Assembly (NCBI GenBank): GCA_043228905.1
Contig: JBHGNT010000012.1
Coordinates: 16,120,001 to 16,184,000 of the forward strand
Reading direction: 5' to 3'
Length of the DNA: 64,000 nt
Source of the DNA: Azolla caroliniana
Taxonomy: Eukaryota > Plantae > Polypodiophyta
The notes beneath the pieces were generated by a model, which made no database searches, had not been told where the DNA came from, and saw only the letters and a list, made by a program, of their open reading frames with translations. Below are positions 25,455 through 38,060 of the stretch, in pieces. Made by a program: the position numbers and the translations under genes. Within the stretch, counting starts at the first letter, position 1. Each line of letters begins with the position of its first letter.

Positions 25455-25886
25455 TGTTACCGGCCGGCAAAGGAGTCCAGAGTGTGAAACGAGGAGTTAT
25501 TTAATTAGTAGGAATGGTTGTAAGTAAGCTATGAGTATGGACAGACGGACCGGAATCGGTATGCCATTCCGGATCCGAACCGATCCCGAACAGGTGTAGA
25601 TGGCACCGTTTTGTAATACAGACCGGAAACCTATTTAAAGGCCCGGATACAATGTAATGAGGAGCAGTTAATTAATAAAGCTCAGTGTTGTCATCTCTCT
25701 ATGTTAATTGCCGTTCTGCCTTCATTGTTATATCTTACGCGTGTGACTATTAAAGACGATCATGCTAATTAACCTAATTAAGTCGGATTAATCGTTGAGT
25801 CTAATCCTGTTGCCATAACACCCTTTGGTGAAGTGTCTTCCGTAGACACCCTGTGTTAGGCCATTGTCCGGCCCTAAGAGTTAACA
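25455..25886 (+). repeat. LTR-like terminal module R of element C
   Basis: TGTTA...TAACA; CCTATTTAAAGG TATA-like (~25630); AATAAA (~25674). Confidence 0.65.
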
Positions 25887-25963
25887 TCTTGGGTGCATAA
25901 TCTAAGCGATGTCTATATGAAACTTTCTTGTACTTGGTATGAGCATGAAGCAAATGATCAAAA

Positions 25964-26099
25964 TGTGAACGGATACGCACGGACGAATGAGTGAGAACCT
26001 ATCGGTTTGTGAACAACAAACAACACAAATATGCACAATTAGAAGAAACATTAGATCGACAGAGATGGAAGCTTCAATGGAAGTTCTTCATTAGTATGT

Positions 26100-26144
<45 letters not shown>

Positions 26145-29100
26145 TCTCTAAGACTCAAGGTACAAAAATGATCAAGCGCCATCTTACAACATTAAGTTAC
26201 TGCTTATATATTAAGCCCTAACTTTTTGGATGTGTTCACACACTAGGATACAAAAAGGAAGGAGTCGGCCTTTTATGCCAACAAACTCCCCTGTAAAAGG
26301 ACTACTCTTTTCCACATGTACAAATGATTGGGGTTGTCTCCCCCGTAAACCTAGATTGCAAAATTAATCTAAATTTATGTTACAAGTCAGTCGGCATGTA
26401 GCCAAGTTGGAAAAGATGAAGTTGGTGTCTAACCTGATCCAGTTAGTCGTTAGGGTTGGTTTGTCTGAGTCGGTCGGATCTTTGACTTACCTTCTGCTCC
26501 TTGTTTGGCTTTCTTCTTCTCAGTCGCTTGTCATAGTCCCATCTTTGACGTCAATTCTCCGAAGCGTTGATCTGGGAGTGGCTTCACCAAGCAATTGACG
26601 ATGTTCACCTCGGTGTCGATCTTCCAGACTTCAAGCTTCTTCTTGGTTACAAGCTCCCCCGGATATGATGATACCGCACCTCAATGTGTTTCATCTTCAC
26701 GTGGTAGAATGGGTTCCGAATGAGGTGTATTACGCTCTATGAGTCACAATAGATCATCGGCGTTGGGTGTTCAATTTGACTTGTTGTTGAGAAATTGGCT
26801 GACAGTCGATGTAGCCAGATTGCTTCCTTGGCTACTTCTGATGCTGCTATGTACTTGGTCTCTATGGTAGACAAGGTCGTACAGTCTTGCAGCTTCAACC
26901 TCCATGATATGGCACTGTTGCCATAGGTGATGATGTAGTCTGATGTCGACTTCCGATTGTCTGAATTTCCGGCATAGTCGGAGTCGATGTAGCCTTCTAC
27001 TTCGGTCGAGTTTGCCGATCCGAAAGTCAGTTGTGCATCTTTGGTCCCTCTTAGATACCTAAGGATGTGTTTGACGACCTCCCAATGCTGTCATCCTAGG
27101 TTTGACATGTACCGGCTAACCACCCCTACACCATAGGCAAGATTGGGTCACGTCACCAGCATCGCGTACATGATACTTCCTACGGTTGATACGTAGGGAA
27201 TCTTTCCATTTAGCTCTCTCTCCTTATCCGTCGAAGGAGAGTCTCTGTCTGATAGTTGGATCAAAGTTGGACATGGTGTTAGTGCAGGCTTCGCATTCTT
27301 CATGTTGAAGCGCTTCAACACCTTGTGAATATAGTCAAACTAGGAGCGCCAGAGAGTTTTTGCTGTCCGATTTCGTTCTATCCTCATGCCCAATATGTGT
27401 TGGGCTTGTCGAGTTCCTTCATCGACAATTTTTTGTGAAGACTTTGCTTTAGCTTTCCAAGTTTGGCTTGATTGCTTCCTGCAATCAACATGTTGTTGAC
27501 ATATAGGATTAGATAGATCCGAGACTCGTCGGCCAGTTGCCGAGTATACATACATGGGTCGGAGTCGGATCGGTGGTATCCAAGCTGCCTGATGTAGGAG
27601 TTGAACTTTTGGTACCACATCCTTGGCACTTGTTTTAAGCCATAAAGGATTTTTTTCCAATCGACAAACGAGGTGACTTTCCTCCCTCGTCATTGTGAAG
27701 CCTGCCGGTTGAGACATGTAAATGTCTCCTTCCAGATCTCCGTGTAGGAACGCCATCTTTACGTCCATCAGCTTGAGCTATGGGTCTTTTGTCGCCACGA
27801 CACCTAGTAGGAGCGGAAGGGTGGTGATCTTGACGACTGGTGAGGATATCTCATCGTAGTTGACCCCATGTTCTTGTTTGAACCCCTTCATGACGAGCCG
27901 AGCTTTGTCTTTGGCCTTCTCTAAATCAGATACATATTTTTATCAGAATACTCATTTGCAAGGTAGCGGCTTTCTTCCAACTGGTAGTTCAACCAGCTCC
28001 CAAGTTTGATTCTGATGAATCGAGTCCATCTCAGATCTCATAGCTTGTAACCATGTATCGGTGTCCGGTGCGGCTATAGATTCTTCTTATGCACTTGGTT
28101 CGCTTGCATCGGTGTAGTTGACGTAGTCGAGGCCCAGTTGGCCTTCGATTGTGTCCAAATCTCCTAAGTGCCATATTGATCGGTTCGGATCCTTCGATCG
28201 GCTCTGTTGGTCGGTTAGCACTTTTTGAACCACTTATATCAGGGGTCTTGTTGGATGACTTACCCTTGTGATAGGATTTCCGCGATGTCGCATCGCCCTC
28301 CCCTTCTTCGGGATTGATTGACTTCAAGGTAGGCGACTTAGCTGACTCGGGTCTATTTTTCTCTTTTGCCTTGGGTGTTTTGGTAGCATCGACTCTGTCG
28401 ATTCCGACTCGCATCTTGTTGAATTTTCCTACTTTGACTCTTGTCAATTCGGCTTTGTCTTTGATGGCTTTATCTTTGAGTTCGACTAGTTGTCGAATCT
28501 CCGATTTGGCCCAGTGGGACTGTCCTTCTACGACATCTCTGTTGATTTTGAAGGATACCTTTTTACCAACTAATTTTTGTTGGCTCTGCTCAAAGAGGAT
28601 AGATTCATCATTGAAGACTACATCACTAATCCAGATCAATTTCCGGTTCTCTAGGTCCCATAGTCTGTAGCTGAATTCCCCATCGATTCCATAACCGAGA
28701 AATATGCATTTCGTTGCATGGGGTGCCAACTTAGTCCTTTTCTCCCTGGGGATGAATGTGTAGTCTTCACATCCGAATATACGAAGTTTGTCATAGGTCG
28801 GTTGTTTGCTTGACCATAGTGCATGTGGCACTTCAAGCTTGATTGCTTTCGACATCGATAGATTTATTAGGTAGATTGTCGTCTGCAATGCTTCGGCCTA
28901 GAACTCCAACTTTAGTCTGGCTTGCTGGAGCATTTCCGTCACCCTCTGTTGGATCATTCGGTTGATCCGTTCTACCAGTCCATTCTACATGGTTGTGTAT
29001 AGAATGGTCTTTTGATGTTTGATCCCTTTGTCGGACAAATATTGTTTGAAGTCTTGGGAGGTGTACTCACCTCCATTGTCGGATCAGAATGCCTTCACTC

Positions 29101-30927
29101 TGTATCCTGATTGGTTCTTCACTTTAGCTATCCACCGAGTGAAGACCTCGAGCGCTACATCTTTCGACCTAATCGAATACGCCTAGACCTTCTGTGTATA
29201 GTCATCTACAAATGTGATGAAGTACCGGGAGCCACCTAGTGATCGCTCAAGCATGGGCCCACATATATCTGTGTGTACGAGCTCTAGGGGTTGTCGTACC
29301 GTCTCGTAATGGAGAGAGTGTAGACTTTGGGTCTGTTTCCCATATCGACACTACTTGTAGAAGTTCGTCTTCGCTTGGAGTTTCGGGATGTAGCCGACTG
29401 CCATTAGCCGATCAAGTCAAGCTTGAGACATATAGCTGTGTTGGCCATGCCATAAGTTCGGGTCAGTATTTTCGGCTACGTTCACAACACCTTCTGGATT
29501 GATCGCCATCATTGGATACAATTTGTGTCTGTTCCTATTTTTAGGTTTCCATGGATGATCATCCATGTCGACTCATTGAGAGTCGTTTGGTACCCGTCTT
29601 CGCCTAACATGCCGATGGAGACCAAACTCCTTTTAAGTGCAGGTACGTGCCAGACTTGGTGCAGGATTATCATATGCCATTTGACAATTGGATTGGTACA
29701 TTTCCGACTCCAGCGATTTTTCATTCCTGCCCGTTGCCTTGTTGGACTATGCCACTGGTTCTGTCCAAATAGTTCGAAAACCATTCTATAGTAGGGGTCA
29801 TGTGGAATGTGGCACCGGAATCTAGTAACCACATGTGTGCATCTTGTGCATTGTAGAGGAATTCTCCAATCATAGAGTTCTCTAAGGTGAGGATTTCTCC
29901 TGATCATCTAGAGAGTGGTTCGAATCGGATCATCCTCGATTCTGCTCGGATCGCCGACCATCGATTTTCGCGGAATGTCCTCTGTGAGGACTTGGCCGAT
30001 TGTTTCCTCTAGATTTAGATTTTCTCGGCTATTGGCGAATGTCGTGCAGAATACCTCCCAACTTGCAGGAAAGCTCGATTGGAGGGTAAGGGCTTTCACT
30101 TCTGCTTCGAAGTTAATCCCTTGGGAGCAGAGTTTAGACAACACTCTGTTGCAGGTGTTGATGTGGGAGGTGGCTAGATCGGTTTCTCTCATCTTCATGT
30201 TGAACAATTGTCTGATCAGTTTCAATTTCGAAGATGAGGACTTCTTTTTGTACACATCCTGTAGTGTCTCCCATAAGGAGAATGTTGTCTCCTTGGCCAT
30301 GTTGAAGTAGACATTTTCGGCCAGATGCATTCGATGGTGGAGCGTGCAATTTTGTCGATGGATCTCCACTCTTCGGTTGTTATCGAAGTGAGTTTTTCAC
30401 TGTCTTGAATGACTTCGAATTGTCTTCTGATGATCAACACATCCTGCATAATCTCCTTCCACAAGGCAAAATTTTTGCCATCGAACTTTTGGAACTCAAC
30501 TCCTATACCGAATGTTGATGCCATGTTCTGTAGGAAGTAAGATTTAACTGACATGGTCTTTTCTTTTAGCTGGTTAGCTTCTCCTCTTAGCTTTTCTACT
30601 ATTCGTCGCTACTGAACAACAAGTCGCTCTGATACCAGTTGTGAACAGATATGCACGGAAGAACGAGTGAGGACTTGTCGGTTTGTGAACAACAAACAAC
30701 ATAGATATGCACAATGAGAAGAAACAGTAGATCGACAAAGATGGAAGCTTCAATGGAAGTTCTTCGTTACTATGTAACTCTCTCTCTCTCTCTCAGACTC
30801 AAGATACAAGAATGATCAAGCCCCATTTTACAACGTTAGGTTATTGCTTATATATTAAGCCCTAACTCTTTGGATGTGTTCACACACTAGGATACAAAGA
30901 GGAAGGAGTCGGTCTTTTATGCCAACA
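25964..30927 (-). mobile_element. Element E: Ty1/copia LTR retrotransposon, degenerate
   Basis: LTRs at 25964-26283 and 30640-30927; TSD CAAAA/CATAA; minus-strand PBS TGGTATCAGAGC at ~30626-30637; PPT at 26284. Confidence 0.92.
26590..30554 (-). pseudogene. Copia E gag-pol, disrupted
   Basis: KFDGKNFALWK; WLLDSGATFHMT; KCIFLGYG; MDVKMAFLHGDL; RNase H remnants. Confidence 0.9.
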
Positions 30928-32468
30928 CATAAACCTTGGCTTAAATTTCTTTGAGTTGTTCTCGATGATCCTTAACAACATGATTGTTTGAGACTTTTAG
31001 ATATTGGAGCATCATCTAACGAGGATAATATCGTGTTTTAAAGAATGGAGTGAATCCCCTAGAAGAATGGATTGACTTACTGTAAGCAAACTCTACCATA
31101 TGTAAGAAACCCATCCAATCATCTTGTTAATAGTTGAAAAGGAAAGAAGATATTGCTCTAATGTTTGATTTGTGCATTCAATTTGACCATTGGTTTGAGG
31201 ACGATAACTTGAAGATGGTTTATGAGAAACCCTAAGGAAATCAAGTGTGTCCAACACTTTGCAATACATTGTGGCCCATGATCATTAATGATTTCATTTG
31301 GAAGGCCATGATACTCAAAAACTTCTCGCATAACAAGATTTGTCATTTCTTAAAGTAAAAGTTTTTCTAACCTTTGGAAGATGGGAGATCTGTGATGAAA
31401 TCCACAAAACTAGATTTCTATCAACCATCTAGAATGGGCAATGGATGCAACAAACCATATGATCGATCTCAAGGAATCTTTGATCGACAACATACATCAC
31501 AAGTAGAAACATAGGCCTTGACAAATTGACGAACCAGAGGCCACCAATAGTTTCGCATAACTAGGTCCAATGTTTTCATGACTTTGAAATGTTTTTGCGG
31601 CAGATACACATGTTTCTCTTGTCCAATCTAAGTTGGATCTCATGCACCACTTAGATTAAAGTTTTCATGTAGTTAACATGTCTATCCCTCTTAATGATTC
31701 TCTTTTCCTATGATTTATTTTGATGAGGATGTCCCCACTTCCGAGCTTGTATGTATTACTTTTGTGGAGTGGATTTTAAAGTCTCATGGGTAAATATATT
31801 AAGCCTTAGTTAGTGCATATTTACTCGCTAGACCACACAAGAGCCATCCACAAAAATGTTCTCTTGTACACTGGAATTTCTTTGTTTGGTTGGTGGTTAT
31901 GATGAATCAACGTCTTGTGGGGTGAGTTGAACATGAACCTGGTTAGTCCAAGTCAAGGTCTTGTGGTCGGAGGGATGGGTAACACGAACTAGGTTACACT
32001 GCTCACGGTGCACTTTAGACAGATGTAGGCACAAGGTAAACTCACACAAAGAATACATGATCGGCTTTCTAACATACACACTCCTTTCTCTACTTGAGCC
32101 GACTACATTCCGCCGACTTACACAATACACAGTATATGGAAATGAAACTCAAAATATAGACACAGAGATACTCTAAAACAAGATTTGTATTATATCGACT
32201 AATCTTTACAGACCAACACATTTACAATGTTGCATGCCCCTTTTTATAGGAAACAAGAATCAATTACCAAAAGAAAGAAAAAACTAAATCCGTTACTACT
32301 CTCTAATTATTTACACGCGTTACTTTTACTACTTTAACTACTGGCCGGCCCCACACCTGTCTAGCTCCACCCGTCTCAATTATGACTTGTGCTTGTACCT
32401 ATGACCCTTTCACACTTTAGCCATCCTTTGTCCCTTTCATACTTTGGCCGTCCTACCCGGCCAAAACA

Positions 32469-32512
32469 TGGCACGCCTATGGGACAATGCCTTGCATGGT
32501 CGAACCCACAAA
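32469..32512 (+). promoter_or_regulatory. Extended tRNA-Arg-type PBS-like motif of element F
   Basis: TGGCACGCCTATGGGAC-A-ATGCCTTGCAT-GG-TCGAACCCACAA directly after ...AAACA. Confidence 0.75.
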
Positions 32513-32875
32513 AATTTGCTGAATACGCATCTTCAAAAATGTGCAAAATGTTTGGCTCTTGTTGAGCCGATTCATCCTCCCTGGTATTGCCGACCAGTTT
32601 CTCTTCAGTGGCTTTTGTTAGTTTATTTCCCTCTATCTGCCCTTCCTCCCCCATTCCGAGTGTTGGCTCTTCCAACTGGTCCTGTTGTTGCCGGATTGAT
32701 TCGTCTTATCCCGGTTGTTTGGCTTGTGGTTTCGGCTCACGTTCAGCTTCTTTTTGTTCAACTAAGGTGTTGGCTTCCTCCTACTAGCTTCCGGCTTGCA
32801 TGGATTGCTCAATCGGCTCTACTCAACTTGCTCCAGTCCTCCTACCTCTGACTCCCTTCCTATGTCTGGTTTAAC

Positions 32876-33459
32876 CTATTTGTCTGTGGAGTGAATCCAC
32901 TCTTGTTCGTACTTCTCAAGCGCGATGGCGAGTTGCATTTGCTCATCCTCGAATTCTTCCATCAATTTCTTGACTTTAGTGCAATTGGTTTGAGCAAGGG
33001 AATCAAATGCTTCAATAAGATCCTCCAAGTATTGGTCGACTTCATCGTCGGCCAATCCCTCCATCGTGTTTATTTCTTCGGCGTACAATGGTTCAATGTC
33101 TCTCTTAGTGGCCACCTTTTCTTTTGTCAGCCCTCGTACTTTTGTTTTTTCTTGCCGGAAGTTGATGATGTTCTTCAGCCAATTTTGCTTTATATTTGTT
33201 GTTCGTAGTTGTGGTCGTCCAAGCAAAAGTGGATATGCACCTGGTGCATCTAATTTTAATATTACCATTGAAATTGCAAATGAATGTCCTCCGATTGTGA
33301 TTTCCAAATTTCGGATCAGTCCGAGAGGTCGGATGCAACTTGTGTCGGTCATTCGAAGCCATAATGGGCAGACCTCCCATTGTTCGATATCGAGGCGATC
33401 GCAAGTGGCTTTACTTATCACATTGACCCCTAAACCTCCATCAATAATGGTGTCCGGTA
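32876..33459 (-). pseudogene. Element F aspartic protease fused to the C-terminus of the coiled-coil accessory ORF
   Basis: Joined across G it reads KGKEVPDTIIDGGLGVNVISK..YPLLLGRP. The tail EDLIEAFDSLAQ..LMEEFEDEQMQL matches B's EDLTDEFQALAS..LLEEFNDDQLLL. Confidence 0.75.
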
Positions 33460-34344
33460 TGATGTAAGTTGATAGAGCAGAAAACCAAGAGGGAATTGTT
33501 CTGATCTACTCTGAATCGTGATGCAAGGATAGCAAGGATGAAGGAGTGGTGCTCCTTCTTAGTTGTAGTGTGCACGACAGGAACGAGGGGTGAGCAACAA
33601 AGGGATTCAATAGACAACTCTCTATGCAGTAGGAGGGTGGAGGTTACATCAGAGAGGAAGAGGTAGCGAATCTCTGCAACAGAGAAAAGGGGGGGAAAAC
33701 CACAGAGAGAAAACAAACTCTCACTCACTCGCTCACATTCACTATCTCTCTCTCCCCCCACGCTACTAAGTGGAAGACCAGTTTTTGGCCTTTTCACACT
33801 TAGCATTTATCGGGGGTACATGTATAACAATCTCCCACTAAAAGGCCTAAACTAGGAGTACAAATAATGGAAGGTTGACCTGTACAAGACCTAGACCTAT
33901 ACTATTAGAGATCTAGGTACTAAAGTAAGCTTAAGATAAGGATAAACAAATGATAGATAGAAAGGAGAAAGAGAAAGAAGGGTGCCGATCCACCCGACCA
34001 CCCCCGAGCGAAGGGATCGAGACGGACTCGAGCCTCGATCGGCGTCCCATACCACCGTCGTGGCGTCGAGTCGTACCTGGTGCTAGAGCGCTCGCTACAA
34101 GAGTTGACCCACCACAAGAGCAGAGTCTCAATGTAGTCAAAAAGATGATGAAATGAGGGTAGCTAGGCCTCTTATTTATAGCGATACCCAAGGCCCCTAA
34201 GCAAGTTCACGCTTGACCTAATGGGTTGTCTCAATCCCGAGGATTAAAAGTAATCCTCCCCTTCTTTACACTCTCGTTTAACCCTCACACTTATCCACGT
34301 GTATAGAATACTACGGTAAATTCTCACCATGGGATATTAAATGG

Positions 34345-37020
34345 TTATGCCTGTAACATACTCCCCCTCTTTAAAACATTGCACTCTTGCAATGGAAAGT
34401 TAGGGAAGTTAGTTCTAAGAGTATTTTCACGTTCCCATGTGGCATCTTTTATTGATTTATCCATCCATTTTATTTTAAATTCTCGGATTTCTTTAGTACG
34501 TAATTTTTTTGTTTTAACATCGAGAATTCTTTCTGGTACATGTGATTTAGAAGATAATTCTTCAAAAGTAACCAAAGTTTCAGTTGTAACTGTATTGTCG
34601 CCAGAACCTAGAAGTTCTTTTAGACGACTCACATGAAAGATTGGATGAGTGGAGATGAGAACGAGTGTACGATGTATTCCAGGGTGCCCTGCTAAGGGTG
34701 CATCATGGCATTAAAAAAGAATCCTCTTTTTGACCTCGGGTAAATCTGGAACACAAACCTTCCCATTACGGTAGAGCAAACCGTTAGCAATGTGGAAGTA
34801 TTCCTTCGAGGATGTGGTGGTGTTTGTTCCAGACTCAACTCTTGCCCAATATTTTGCAAAATAATTGTCATCAGGATACTTTCCTTGAAGGTGATCATAA
34901 AGATCTGATGTTATTTCAATGAAGCTAAGCATGTTAACTTCACAGATGCGACTTAGTGCATCAACGACAGTGTTCATGGAACCTTTACGATGTCGTATGG
35001 AAAAATCAAAGTCCTGGATGAGATCAACCCATCGTGCCTTACGACCTTTCAGTTCTTTTTGGTCACAAAAATATTTCAAGGACTCGTGGTCCGTAGTTAC
35101 CACAAAGCGATTTCCATAAAGATAATGGCGCCATGTTTTGAGCGCATGTATAACTGCAAATAATTCCTTTTCTTGAACAGTATACCAACATTGAGCAGAA
35201 TCAAGTTTCTTACTCTTGAATGCTATTGGTTTACCATCTTGATACAAGACAACACTTATAGCATAATCGCTTGCATCGGTTTCAACCTCAAAAGGTTTTG
35301 AAGGATCAGGTAAAAGAAGTGAAGGAGCCTTGCAAACCAGGTCCTTGAGTTCCTTAAAGGTGAGGTCTAGTGTAGCATTCCACACAATAGGTTTTGTAGA
35401 CTTACGCGTTTGACCTTTTAAAAGATCAGTAAACGGGGTCGTCAATTGGGAGTAATTACGAAGAGACTTTCGCAAAAACCCGACAAAACCAAGGAATGAT
35501 CGAACTTCTCGAATATTCCAAAGAGTGGGCCAAAGCTTGATTTTCTCAATGCGAGAAGGATCAATTTCAACTCCTCGTTTGGTTATGAGATGTCCTAGAT
35601 AAGTAATTGATTTCTTGAAGAACTCACATTTTGAGATCTTCGCATAAAATTGTCTGTCACGTAATGTTTGTAAAACAAAGTGGACATGTTTAGCATGTTC
35701 TTGTAATGTACGTCTATAAACTAAAATATCATCCAAGAAAATAACGACAAATTTTCCAAGTTGTTCTCGGAAAATGTCATTCATTTCTTGTTGAAATGTA
35801 GCCGGAGCATTGGTCAAACCAAAAGGCATAACCAAAAACTCATAATGGCCATAGCGCGTACGAAATGCCGTTTTAGGAACATCGTCCTCACTTATACGTA
35901 TTTGATGGTAGCCAGTACGGAGATCAAGTTTCGTAAAATACCGAGCTCCCTGGAGACGGTCAATTAGATCGTCAGCCCGGGGCAATGGATACGAATTCTT
36001 GATCGTCACTTTATTCAAGCGTCGGTAATTAATACACATACACCATGTGCCCTCTTTCTTTTTAACCAAGAGAACTGGTGCACCCCATGGAGATTTACTA
36101 TAACGTATATAACTCATTCGTAAATAGTCCTTGAGTTGCTTAGATACCTCATCCTCTTCGGATTGACTTAAGCGATAAGGAGGTATACTTATTGGTGCAA
36201 CACCAGGTACAATATCTATACGATGGTCTATATTACGTTTAGGAGGTAAGCCATTTGGTAGTTCACTCGGAAAACATCACGAAAATCATTTAAGATTTCA
36301 TCAAGTTGTTGTTTTCAACCCAATTAATAGATAAAGAATAGTTTTTATTATAAAACCAGGGATAACCCAGTATTACATTGGTGGTACAAAGATTCATTAC
36401 ATGGAAGTCTACTTCCTCTATATAAGTATCAATAGAAATTCCTAATGAATGAATCGCCCCGTTGATGTATTGTACTCTTCCATTAGCCAAGTGCACCGTG
36501 TAGGTGTGATCACTTACGGTGGGTTGGATTCCCCATATCTGAACCAAACGATCATTCACAAAATTGTGTGAGCTTCCCGAATCAATTAAAAATTGTACGG
36601 GAGATCCATTGATATACCCGTTTGCACATAGTAAATCATTGGGACTCAATACATAGTGAGGGAAAGAACATTGACAATTACTTCAATGATGTGTATAGAC
36701 CTGAAGGACATTAGGAATCTGACCTTTATGGTCTGCAACTTTAGCTTTGTTGTCGTGTTCTTTCCATTGGAGCTTTCGACATTGATCTTTTGTATAACCC
36801 TTCTTTTTGCAGAATACGCAAAAAGGATGTTGTCGCTTACAATCGCGATCCATGAATTCGTTGGGTGTCTTGCGTTTCCCAACGAATTGCGACTGCTTAG
36901 TCCCGAGTGCTTCGTTGGGTTTGTTGTGGTCCTTCTTCGAAGTGCGTTGATAGCGAAGAACTATTTCAACGGCCTCTTCGAAGGATTTTGGATCCTTATT
37001 CGAGGTGCACGTAGACCTTA
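34345..37020 (-). pseudogene. Chromovirus K gag knuckle, protease, RT, RNase H and chromodomain
   Basis: LIDSGSSHNF; [20 protein letters not shown]; ETDASDYA; chromodomain PERILDVKTKKLRTKEIREFKIKW..ATWE. Confidence 0.92.
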
Positions 37021-37789
37021 AGTCTAAACATGTGTTATAGTCATATGTATCAAGGATGTTGTATGGTCTTGGTCATATTTGAACTCGAGACCTCGAGAAC
37101 AAATACATTAAACACTTGAGCCAACCAAGTAAGTTGCTCTTCTTAAATGCTTAATGTTTGATGCGTATAAGAGATATGCGAGGTATTTGATCATATATGT
37201 TTTTTTTTAAAAGAACATATATGTCAAGGGTCCTTATTTCGCCCTCATTTACCAAACTGTAACCTCAAGTCTCGTAATTACGATGGCATACGCCAAAGTG
37301 CAACCTAATGGTCAAGCCAAATGAGCCCTCGTTTCGTAGTAGGCCCACGTGGCCCATCACATGGTCACGTCATTACGAATGCCTCTCGTAAGAACGAGCT
37401 TATGGTGGCATCGTATCCGTGTAACGAGGGAGGGATGTTGGATACATGTGTCATTGGAGCGACCTCACTTGAAGTGGGTCAAGCCCTACGTACTCAACAT
37501 CATTATGGCTATAGGCGTTTCTTTACATAACGAAATCGAGGTCATCAATGGGGTTGTCAACAATCAGAAATTGTTGAAAAAGGGATGGTGACAACGCAAT
37601 TCTCACAAAAATGTGAGGACAGCCACCAACGTCCTTTTCCCGACAAGGACAACTTTCGATATAATCACGTAATAACGAATATACACATATGTTTACTTAT
37701 CACATATATACGATCAAATACGTATATACGTGACCACATATGCCTATATTAAACATATCGTTATATTAAATAGCCACAAATGATGTGAG

Positions 37790-38060
37790 CGAGATACGTA
37801 ATCGAGGTATATACCTCTACGCACACGAAACATCCACAAATAAGAGATCATCGTAATACGTAATGGAGGTATTGACCTCTTACGCATACAAGACCAAACG
37901 CATATCGTTTACAACAAATCAAGGTATTAAACTCATACGCAAACGTAACATATGTTCATGAACGTAATATGTAATTGAGGTATTAACCTCGTACGCATAC
38001 GACACTCATCACATATTATTTATATGTCAAACGAGGTATTGACCTCGTGCACATATGTAA
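37790..38060. repeat. Five spaced GAGGT-N4-ACCTC palindromes in the K leader
   Basis: Copies near 37804, 37866, 37921 (degenerate), 37977 and 38033. Confidence 0.75.

Larger units (their letters stand above)
21766..25886 (+). mobile_element. Element C: atypical 4.1-kb retroelement-derived insertion with two different LTR-like ends
   Basis: TGTTA...TAACA termini and perfect 5-bp TSD TCTTG (21761-21765 / 25887-25891). It interrupts the H integrase. No direct terminal repeat. Confidence 0.88.
760..31610 (-). mobile_element. Element H: fragmented Ty3/gypsy chromovirus, the outermost host of the left stack (pieces 760-1160, 21375-21765, 25887-25963, 30928-~31610)
   Basis: Integrase zinc-finger/core remnants at ~30930-31610 (RNYWWPLVRQFVKAYVSTCDVCCRSK..FVDFITDLP). 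GPY/F region and chromodomain at 21423-21743 (AYRLDL..HPVFHLSLLEP..YEVEAILDS). PPT and LTR at 760-1114. The pieces rejoin when A, C and E are removed at their TSDs. The 5' end was not found. Confidence 0.75.

Noticed and set aside
21766-25886. DIRS-like or TIR DNA transposon interpretation of element C
   Set aside because: The ends share only ~5 bp of inverted identity, there is no tyrosine recombinase or transposase, and a 5-bp TSD with TG..CA indicates a retroviral-type integrase.
31610-31961. Unassigned segment between the H integrase and element F
   Set aside because: No recognisable motif or termini; likely decayed TE sequence.
33920-34191. Short ORFs duplicated at 38322-38558 (also 50435-50698 / 61489-61752)
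   Set aside because: The duplication simply reflects paired LTRs.
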